Shown here: in pieces, positions 54,553 through 64,000 of the stretch | How positions within the stretch are numbered: position 1 is the first letter of the stretch | Layout of the letters: each line of letters begins with the position of its first letter | NCBI GenBank assembly: GCA_964016885.1 | Contig: OZ024745.1 | Coordinates: forward strand, 87,296,001-87,360,000 | Source of the DNA: Eledone cirrhosa | Taxonomy: Eukaryota | Length of the DNA stretch: 64,000 nucleotides | Direction of reading: 5' to 3' | Made by a program: the position numbers and the translations under genes | Notes under the pieces: model-generated | The model's input: only the letters and a program-made list of their open reading frames with translations | What the model was told of the DNA's origin: nothing | Databases searched by the model: none

Positions 54553-56304
54553 TTACCTCTCTGCGTCCCGGGGTTCGGGTCGCTCAGTTTCCATGGGGCT
54601 GGTGGCGGGGTTGATGGGTGGGGTGGTGGTTTGTGGTGGTGTGGGGGTATTGGTGTGTGGAGGGGTTGGGATCTTTGGAGTTGTGTGGGTGTTTGAGGAG
54701 GGGAGGGGAAAACCTTTCAGGAGGACGCGGTTGAGTGGCCTGGTGCAAGGTGGGCCCACGTCCTCAGGGTACATGTCTTTTAAAGTTTTAAAAATGTCAA
54801 GTGGGATTTTCACCATTTTCAGGTTAGGGAGCCCCATTGCCGTTACGAAATTCGGCCCTTCGGTTTGTATCGAAGGGTTGGTTTCTATTTTTAAAGTTAG
54901 GTTTTCATTGTTTTTGTTTATGTATGTGTAGAGTTTTTGTGTTGTTGTGTTTGTTTTTGCTTGTTGTTGTTGAGTGAGTTTGCGTTTTACTGTCTGTGTT
55001 GTGTTGTCAGGTGGGGTTATTTTTGTTGTTGTGGTGTGTGTACGTTTTTTTCTTTTCACTTTTTGGAAGGGAGCCCCCTCGTCTTCCGACGATATGAGCT
55101 CCTCTTCCGTATTGGAGGGGAGGGGTATATCTCCGGGTTGTGTATGAACTGTTTTTGTATTTGTGTTCTGTGGGGTGGGGCTGGGTGGGACCGTGTTTTG
55201 GGTTGTTTTCTTGAGCTGTTGTTGATGTTGTTGTTGTTGTGGTGGTGGTGGTGTTGTTGGTTTTTGTTGTTCTGGTGGAGATGGTAGTGTGTTTTGTTGT
55301 TTTTGTGATGGTGGTGCTGGTTGTTTTTGTTGTTGTTGTGGTGTTTGTAGCAGTGGTTTTTTAGTTGTTAGTAGAGGGCAGGCCGTCCTCAGGTGACCTC
55401 TGCCAGCGCAGTGGTAACATGAGGGTCTCCTGCCTTCCACTGTGATATTTATGTAGGTTCGCCCATCCAGTAGCACTCGGTCGGGTATTCCGGAGATTCT
55501 CTCAGGTGTCATCTGTAAGAGAACCTCCAGACTTTTCCCCCCGAACAGTCCACTGGTGGACTCCCCTGCTGAAATTAGTATGTCCTTATCTAGGTCGGTA
55601 AATCCTGTTAGGACGGACCAGATGTTAATTTCTGGCGTAGGGCTCCACATTCTTATCCTTTGTGTTCTTCTTCCTTTATATGTGGGGAAGAAGGTGTATT
55701 GTGGTGACACTATAGGTGCCACCGAATATTTCTGAGCCAGCATTTCGTCCTTCATTCGGACCATAATGCTGGCATACAGCTTTCCTCTTTGAATAAAGAG
55801 TATGTCATTTTTAATTTCTTTCAGAACCAGCTCGATTTGACTTTCGGTCAATTGCGCTGGCTTTCTCGTTTCGTTGGTTATGGTTCTGAAGCTTACTGTA
55901 TTCTTGTAAATCTGTTGACGCACTTCTTCTGGGGAGTTGATCGTAAAAGAACCATCCTCCCCAAAAGATACGTATTTTCTAGCCTCTAGCAAATTTTCCT
56001 TGGCGTTCGTGATGTCAATGGCTTTGTACTCCGTGGCTCTCTTGAGTGTTTGGGCAAAAGAAATTTTGTCTTTGTTTGTTGTTGTAATGTTGTTGGTTTC
56101 CTTATTTGTGGTGTTATTTTTTTCTTGAAAATTAATTTTTTCATTTGAATTGAAATTCTTTTTTTCATTGGAGAGGAGGGGTTGTTCAACAGTTTGAACT
56201 GTTGTTCCCTCTTTCCCGCTTGTTTTTTTGGTCGGCGTGGCGTTCGCTTCCAATATGGCGATATCGTTTTCGACGATATCGTTATCAACGATATCGATGA
56301 ACAT
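54553..56304 (-). CDS. Tx1/L1 ORF1 (583 aa) with CCHC zinc knuckle
   Basis: Open frame directly upstream of ORF2; CYHCAGRGHLRTAC; Q/P/T-rich linker; basic KVKRKKR patch. Confidence 0.9.
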   Translation of the reverse strand: MFIDIVDNDIVENDIAILEANATPTKKTSGKEGTTVQTVEQPLLSNEKKNFNSNEKINFQEKNNTTNKETNNITTTNKDKISFAQTLKRATEYKAIDITNAKENLLEARKYVSFGEDGSFTINSPEEVRQQIYKNTVSFRTITNETRKPAQLTESQIELVLKEIKNDILFIQRGKLYASIMVRMKDEMLAQKYSVAPIVSPQYTFFPTYKGRRTQRIRMWSPTPEINIWSVLTGFTDLDKDILISAGESTSGLFGGKSLEVLLQMTPERISGIPDRVLLDGRTYINITVEGRRPSCYHCAGRGHLRTACPLLTTKKPLLQTPQQQQKQPAPPSQKQQNTLPSPPEQQKPTTPPPPQQQQHQQQLKKTTQNTVPPSPTPQNTNTKTVHTQPGDIPLPSNTEEELISSEDEGAPFQKVKRKKRTHTTTTKITPPDNTTQTVKRKLTQQQQAKTNTTTQKLYTYINKNNENLTLKIETNPSIQTEGPNFVTAMGLPNLKMVKIPLDIFKTLKDMYPEDVGPPCTRPLNRVLLKGFPLPSSNTHTTPKIPTPPHTNTPTPPQTTTPPINPATSPMETERPEPRDAER

Positions 56305-56671
56305 TTCTCAAATATTTATTTTTCACCCCAAAAGGGGTGAAAATATATTTACCCGACGTCTAGAGTCCCAGACTAGGGGTTACAGTTAATTATACAAAAT
56401 AATTCAAAAAAATCCACTCACAAAATTAGCAGGTAAAAATCCAAATCACAGAGCGATATGACACACGTCTACTATCCTCAGACAGACTGACAGACAGACT
56501 GGCAGACAGACTGGCAGACAGACTGACAGTCTGTCTGTCTGTTCGTCTGTCCGTCCATCCACGTGTGTGTGAGTAGTAAACTAAGAGACCGTAAATTAAA
56601 AAGCAAGACAATTTAAGGTATGACCATAGCGTTCTTGAAGAGTGAGAGGCGTTGATGCTACATATAACGTT

Positions 56672-56817
56672 ATAATTGTTTCTACTTTTGGCACAAGGCC
56701 AGCAATTATACCAGTGTATTACTGGTACTTTATTTTATCGACCGCGTAAGGATGAAAGGGAAAGTTAACCTCGGCGTGATTTGAACTCAGACCATAAAGG
56801 GCCATAACTCTTTGCTA
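56672..56817 (-). mobile_element. tRNA-derived SINE (5'-truncated)
   Basis: Homologous to 42427-42610. Confidence 0.8.
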
Positions 56818-57180
56818 CGTCATGTTAGAGAAAAGGGAAAGGGTTAGAGCAAATATACAGAGAAAAAAACCTAATAAGGTTCCAACACGCTCCCGCGTGT
56901 TGAAAGTTTTATATGTTAGTGGTAGGGGCGGGGTATGTGACCTGAGAAGACAGCAAGGTAGAGAAAGACACGTAAGAAGATTAAATTAATTATCAATGCG
57001 GAAACAAAGAGAGGGTGAAGGGGAGAGAGAGAGGGGGGAGAGAAAGAGAGATATGGAAAGACAAAGAGAGAGAGACAGAGAGAGAAAGAAAGAGAGAGGG
57101 AAGAGAGTGAAGAGAGAGAGATTGATAGATAGATAGATAGGTAAATAGATAGATAGAGAGAGAGAGAGATAGATAGATAT

Positions 57181-57840
57181 GTTTCTTTATTAGCCACAGG
57201 GGCACAACAGAAGGGGACAAATACAAAGGGGGAAGTTTACATACAATAAAAACGTGTAAAATGTTATCACAAATGGAATTTAAAAAGTTAGTCGATTTTC
57301 CCCAATAGAGGGAGACAGTTTATATGGGTAACACATACCCCCGAAAAAAAATGTGCAACCCTCATCTCCAGGAGTACGAAGAACTTGTACTCCTTTCCTC
57401 TCCTCCTCCTTTTCCTCAACCTACAGGCTGATATAGAGAGAAGGCCCATTCACTCGGGCCATTCTCGCCACTTTTACCCACCTTTCATAAAACTTGCTGG
57501 GGTACAGCACCTCTCTCTCCATCCTGATTCTTCTTCCAAAGTGGTATTTGAAAAAAAGAATCAGTTGTTGGCCGGAGAGAAAGGTGTCTGACCTCAGCCC
57601 TTTCAACCTTGTCCACCATACAACCTCTTTCGCCATAGCTATCACACAAAGGAAAACCGCCTCTCCTTCATTTTTGAAGGAGGGTGGCGGTTTGATCATG
57701 ACAATGGACTCGGTGGTCAACTGGACTGGTTCCACCCGCGACAATAGTCGTTCTACATAGCTCCACAGGTCAGTGACGCCCGGGCAGTGTATGAATGCGT
57801 GCGCGACGGTTTCTTCGTCTCGCACGCACCTCGGACAGAT
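57181..57840 (-). mobile_element. 5'-truncated Tx1/L1 copy (Zn finger + 3' UTR) between GATA microsatellites
   Basis: ICPRCVRDEETVAHAFIHC...NGPSLYISL*, then a 3' UTR ending gtggctaataaa. Confidence 0.9.
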
Positions 57841-57848
57841 CGAGAGAG

Positions 57849-57885
<37 letters not shown>

Positions 57886-60800
57886 TTTATTTGCCACGAG
57901 GGCACAAAAGAAAGGGACACATACAAGGGGGGAGTTTACATAAAGGAACGAGTAAAAAACAAATAAATATAAAATTAAAAATACATTCCTCAATAGGGAG
58001 GAGGCGTTTTGGGGGTTAGAACACCCCCTCGAAAAAGTGTGCAACCCTTTTCCTTAGGAGCTCAGATAGGGGGTGCTCCTTTGCCCTTCCACCTTTCCAC
58101 CTACAGGCTGATAAAGAGAGAAGGCCCAATCACACAAGCCATTCTCGCTACTTTCACCTATCTTTCATAAAACTTGCTGGGGTAGAGCACCTCTCTCGCC
58201 TTTCTGATCCTTCTCTTAAAATGGTATTTAAAGAAAAGGACCAGTTGTTGGCCGCAGAGAAAGGTGTCCGACGTCAGCCCTTTCAAACGTGTCCACCATA
58301 CCACCTCTTTCACCATGGCTATTACACAGCGGAAGACCGCCTCTCCTTCATTTTTGAAGGGGGGAGGCGGCTTGATCGTTACAATGGACTCAGTGGTCAA
58401 CCGGATTGGTCCCACCCGTGAGAGCAGTCGTTCGACACATCCCCACAGATCGGCAACGCCCGAGCAGTGTACCAATGCGTGCGCAACGGTTTCCTCGTCG
58501 CGCACGAATCTGGAACAGATTTTTTTCGAGGGGTCCCTACCCGGGCGCCCGTGTCTGTAGAGCTTTTCTCGAACGGGCAGCACCCCACGGTAGCACTACC
58601 AGGCCAGAGACTTCTGGAAGTTTTCCATAGGTCCCGGGCCAAATGTCCTCCCGAATAGGCTGGTCAGTTCGTCTTCCTCCATGCCTAGGGCTTGTCCGAG
58701 GGCGTCGTCGCACCTACTAACCACCAGCCCTCTATAGAATGTCGAGGTGGAGTCTCCACCGAGAGCCGGGTCAGCGTGTCAGAGAGCCGTGAGCGCCTGG
58801 GCACAGTCGGTGTGCCAGACGCCCAGTTTTCTCGGTCTTTGCTTGACCCAGGACTGCAGCTCGGTGAGCGAGACGAGTCTCGGTAAGGCTCGCCTCACAA
58901 ACGGGACCAACACCAGTTGACCTGTGAGGAATATCTAGAGATGCCGTAGCCTTAATGTATGTTTACGCATCAGCAGCCACGGCAACCCCAGCCCTCCTTT
59001 CGAAGGGTGTTGACAGTAGATGGATCTCCTCACAGAGGAGCCCGCTTCTTCCAAAGGAATTGGAAGAGTGCGCGCTCCATTTTGGTGAGCGTTTCCCTTG
59101 GGCAAGGCACGACGGTCAGGCGGTAATAGATGACGGACGCTATATAAGCGTTCGCCACCTCCGCCCGACCTTTCAGGGATAGTTTGCACTCAGCCCACTT
59201 CCACGTCAGCGCAAACACCCTGTTCGATACCTCACCCCAGCTCTTCTCCACCTGAAGGTCTGGTCCGAACCAGACCCCGCGCAACTTCACCGGGCCCTCC
59301 GTCCAACGTCCGACGACGCCGTTGGAGGCCATCGGTTTGCCCCTCCACTTGCCGAGTTGCAAACCGACTGACTTGTCCCGGTTCAGCTTAGTCCTTGTAA
59401 ACGTTTCGTATTCTTCCAGTAAGGTGCCGATCACTCCGATTTCATCGGCGTAGGCGACACCGCTTTCTGCAATCCCGGTTCCAAAGGGATGCCCTGTAAC
59501 AACTACAACTTCCGCAGCAGTGGCTCTAGGGCCAATACATACAGAAGGGAGGAGAGAGGGCATCACTGTCGGATGGACCGCGTGATTTCGAACGGCTCCG
59601 AGAGGTAGCCGTTCACCTTGACCCTAGAGCAATGCGGCTGCTGTGCATGGCAGTTATCCAGCCCTTGAAAACGGGTCCGAAACCTGCTGCCACTAGCACC
59701 GCATCCAGGTAACGATGATCGACCCTATCGAACGCCTTAGATTGATCCAAGTTGATCAGGGCCCCACCAAAGCCGGGTTCGTTCCCAACCCTCTCTATGA
59801 TGTATCGCATGAGATGGAGGTTGTCGTGAATGGACCTGGATGGGATGGCGCATGTCTGCGCATCTCCCACCAGGTTGCCTACGACAAGCTCCAACCTCTT
59901 TGCTAACACTTGGCCAAAATCTTTAACTCTGTATTTAGCAGTGTTATGGGCCTAACATTACTTATTTCATCACCCTTGTTCTCGTCCTCCCTCACTAGCG
60001 AGACTACGCCCTTGGTCACAGAACAGGGAATTCTCCTGTTCTGGGGCCAGTTGCAGTAGTCCGTTTCGAGGAGATCGAAGAACAAGTCCGGCATACTTAA
60101 ATACAGTTCGTATGGAAAACCATCGAAGCCCGGTGATTTGCATCTGCCGCATTGGCTCAGCACGTCCCCTATTTCAGCAGCTGAGATTGGCCTCTTGCAG
60201 GACTTCGCCTCCTCGTCCGAAAGACGCGGCAGGCCGTCGAGGTATGGACCGAGGACCCCATCCCCATCCGGCCCCTCGTCCCTTCCGAACAATCGGGCAA
60301 AGTGCCTTTGAAAGGCCTCGCACATCTGCTTAGGTTCAAGGATCACCCGTCCATCCTGGTCTCGCAAAGACCGGGTAGTGGATCTAGTCCCACTTTTGGC
60401 TTCTGTCACGCAGGCCCAGCTAACAGCTTTGGTCCCCTCGTTTCCCAGAGCACGTATTTTGCTTCGGACAACGCAGCCTTCGTGCTTCGCGTCGAAGAAC
60501 TGGCCCAAGGCCGTTCTCGACGCTAGCACTCTGGCTACGTCGCCGCTTCTAATTGCCTATTATGCTCTATCTACCAACTCCCTTTCCTTCCTATTTTTAT
60601 CTGAGGCTAACTCCTTACTAACTCCTATTGAAGCTACTCTAATCTCTCTTTTGAGAGAGCCCCACCACCTGCTGTTGACGATGGCGCCCGTCAACCGCTC
60701 CTTAGCTAAATTACTAATCCGGTTCCTGTAAGCTTTACTTGCTGGTAAGGACAAGTTGAGCTTCCAGTAACCAGGTCCATGTCTATGCGTTCTATCAAAG

Positions 60801-63535
60801 TTGACCATGGAGGTCACTAACTTGTGGTCTGAATAGCCAATCATGAGCATTTTTGGACAACTTAAAAAGTCCCTATCCTTATTTCTAACTAAGAACCTAT
60901 CTAGGTACGATCTAGATTGACCGCTATGGTTTCTCCAAGTCCAGGTTGGCACAGTCGGAAAATCTAGTCGATATCTATCGGCCAGGTCGAATCGGCCGAT
61001 TAACCCCTTGAGGTTGTTACAACCCCCTCTATCAGAACATGCCCCTACATAGTCCCAACGTGCATCTAGGATACTATTCCAGTCCCCCACTAAAAGCAAG
61101 GAGCGGGACGTTCCTAGAAAATTCTCCAGACGATGGAAGAAGTCCGGCCGCGTTGACCCAAAAGGGACGTAGACGGCGACCAGCCTAAAAGCTCCGCCTT
61201 CACCACTGCCAAGATCCAGAACCACTAGTCGACCCTCAGGGTCCAAGTGTACCGGCTGTGTAGCGAGACCCAGATGTTTTCGCAGCAGAACGACAACCCC
61301 ACCCCCACCTCCGGGCTGACAGAGAGATGCGTGCATCTCAAAGTCATCAAAGGTGGGGGCCATCTGTCGCACGCTGCTGATCCGGGTCTCGCAAATAACC
61401 ATCACATTTATACATCGTGACCTGAGGTCATTTAGAAGCATTGTTTGCTTCCAAGGTGAGCCCAGGCCACGCGCATTTAGACAACCTATTCTCAACACAG
61501 CCATGTTTGTGGTAAAGAGTAAAGGCACTTACCTCTCCGTGTCCCGGGGACCGGGCCGCACAATTACCATGGGGGTGGGGGATTGGTTGTTGGGTGGGCT
61601 GGTGGTTTGTGGAAGTGTAGGGGCATCAGTGTGTAGTGGGGTTTGGGTGCTTGGAGATGTTTAGATATCTGGGGGAGGGGGGATTTTTTAGGAGGACACG
61701 GTTAATGGGTCTGACGCAGGGGGCCCCACGTCCTCTTTAAACGTGTCTTTTAACGTTATGTAAATGTCCATTGGGGCTTTTATCATTTTTAGATGGGGAA
61801 GACCCGCTGCTTTTGCGAAATTCGAACCTTCGGTTTTTATTAAGTTGTTATTATAAATAACGTTTAACAGTTTTTTGTTTATTGTATTTATGTAAGTATA
61901 TGCATATTTTTCTTTCTGTGTGATGTTTTTTGTTTGCTGTTGTTGTGTTTTTTTGTGTTGATGTCTGAGTTATGTATTGGGGAGGGGTTGTTTATATTTG
62001 TGTTCCTGTGGTGTGTTTTCTTTTTTTTCCTTTTAACTTTATGAAAGTGTCCCCCGCCCTCGTCTGACGACGAAGGGGGGTCGTCTTCCGTATTCGAGGA
62101 GAGGGGTTCATTTTTAGCTCGTGTTTGTGGTGTGGGTGTTATTGTAGTTGTTTTCTGTGTGTGTGTGGGGGGGGGGGGTAGTTGTGTTTTAACTTGTGGT
62201 GTTAGTTGTTTTTGTGGTGGTGGTGGAGGTTGTGTTGGTAGTGTTGTAGTTGTTGGTGTGGGCAAAATCGGTGTTTTTTGTTTGCTTGGGAACAGGCAGC
62301 CCTCAGGTGACCTCTGCCACCACAGAGGTAACAAGCAGGTCGTCTACCCTCCACTGTGATGTGTAAGTAGGCAAGCGTATCCAGCAATATGCGGTTGGGG
62401 ATCCTAGCAATTCGTTCTGGCTGCATTTGCACCTGAACTTGTAGGCTAGTTCCACCGAACACGTTGCTGGAAGACTTACCTACCGAAATTACTGCATCCT
62501 CTTTCAAGTCGAGGAGGCCACACAGTACCGCCCAGAAATCAATATCTGGATCGATACTGTGTATGGTCAATTTTTGTGTTTTTCTTTCCAAATAAGTGGG
62601 GAAGAAGGTAAATAAGGGGGACACAATTGGGGCCAGGGAATGTTTTTCGGCCGTCAATTTATCTTTCATTCGGATGGATAGACTACCGTAGAGTCTATCC
62701 TTCCGAATGAATACAATGTTTTTCAGATGATCTTTTAAAGCCAGTTCAATCTCTGTCTGTGTGAGTTGTACTGGCTTACGCGTTTTGTTGGATATTGTCC
62801 TATAAATAATAGTTTTTAAGCTATTTTCCTTTTTTAGCTCTAGGGAAGAATTTAAAAAAATTAGACCATTTTCCTCCAAAGTTATATACTTCCGTGCATT
62901 TTCCATTTGCTGGGCCATATTCGAAATGTCAATAGGTTCGTACAGAATAGTTTCTTTTATGCTTTGCGCGAACGTCATTTTGTTCGCCCCCTCTCTGTTT
63001 ACATTTGTCGAAATGTGGTTTTCTTGTTTTTTGTTGTTACAATTTTCATATTTTGTTGTGTTTGTGTTATTTATGTTGGTGTATGCGTTCACATTCTTTT
63101 CCCCGTTGGGGTTAGACTCCATTTTTTTCAAAATGTTCACTTATATTTTCAGTATCCAAGAGACTTGTAGTCACAGCTACTAGTTCTCTTTTACCTTTGC
63201 TGGTGGTCGTGGCGCCGTGAAAAGTAGAAACGTCATCCATTAATGTTGGCAATTTCTCCGAGTCAATTTTTTCACATTTTTTTCATTAGGGTTAGGCTCC
63301 ATTTTTTCAATGTTTCTAATAATCATTATTCTTTCAGTAGGGAGGCATGTTGCCTCCGCTATCGGCTCTCCTTCAGTTTGTTTAGTGGGCGTGTCATCGT
63401 TACCTGTGGTAATGGCTTCCATTACCACTAGCGTAGAGACAATAACAAGATTTTTAGGATGAAAAATTTCACCCCGAAAGGGGTGAAATATAATAACCCT
63501 ATTGTCCGAAGACCCAGGCAAGGGGGTTAATTAAC
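57886..63535 (-). mobile_element. Full-length but multiply frameshifted Tx1/L1 LINE (ORF1 remnants ~61530-63425; ORF2 ~58100-61504)
   Basis: ORF2 pieces are highly similar to 51115-54529; ORF1 has CYLCGGRGHLRAAC; same 5' hairpin. Confidence 0.93.
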
Positions 63536-63646
63536 ACAATAACGCAATTATACAGACAAACACTTACTGTTAACATGTAATATCTCCAATACTCGAGGAG
63601 CCGATGTGAAGAACGTCTATACCATCCGGAGATAGATAGATAGATA

Positions 63647-64000
63647 ATTTTTTTATTAGCCACAAGGGCACAAAAGAAGGGGACAAATACAAATGGGGAG
63701 TTTACATACAGGTATATAAAAATCAAACTATTAATAAAACAACAAATAACAATTGAAATCCCCAATAGGGAGGAGGCGTTACACAAGGGTTGTACACACC
63801 CGGAAAAAATGTACAACCCTCATCTCCCTTCCTCACTTCCTCTTTTTCCTCAACCTACAGGCTTATATAGAGAGAGGCCCAACCGCTCGGGCCATCTTTG
63901 CCACATTCACCCACCTTTAATAATTTTTGCTGGGGTATAGCACCTCCCTCTCCATCCTGATTCTTCTTCCAAAATGATATTTGAAAAAACTAATCAGTTG
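63647..64000 (-). mobile_element. 3' end of a further Tx1/L1 copy running off the window
   Basis: ORF2 C-terminus (RIRMEREVLYPSK..RWVNV) and a 3' UTR ending gtggctaataaa + (TCTA)n. Confidence 0.9.

Larger units (their letters stand above)
50895..56385 (-). mobile_element. Near full-length Tx1/L1-clade LINE
   Basis: 5' leader with hairpins, ORF1, ORF2 (APE-RT-Zn), 3' UTR ending gtggcaaataaa next to TCTG/TCTA repeats. Confidence 0.95.

Overview
Repeat-saturated, AT-rich eukaryotic (animal) genomic DNA with no recognisable host gene; the SINE families and dense (TA)/(CA)/(GATA) microsatellites suggest a mollusc such as an octopus (inference). It contains decayed Penelope-like elements (PLEs; RT + GIY-YIG) of at least two clades, several Tx1/L1-clade LINE copies (one near-intact, 50.9-56.4 kb, in a head-to-tail cluster), RTE and R4/Dong fragments, tRNA-derived SINEs and MITEs. 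The main hidden layer is RNA structure. At least a dozen unrelated repeat families each carry a hammerhead ribozyme (HHR) motif close to a (TA)n-flanked end. These include (i) a ~420-bp tandem, retrozyme-like satellite with one minimal HHR per unit and a 6-unit higher-order repeat, (ii) several families with the compensatory U3-A8 core, (iii) HHRs with 45-105 nt insertions in stem II or III, and (iv) a covarying motif with the three hammerhead strands in a non-circularly permuted order. Most short ORFs in the track are microsatellite artefacts. All structures were folded by eye; ribozyme activity is not demonstrated.
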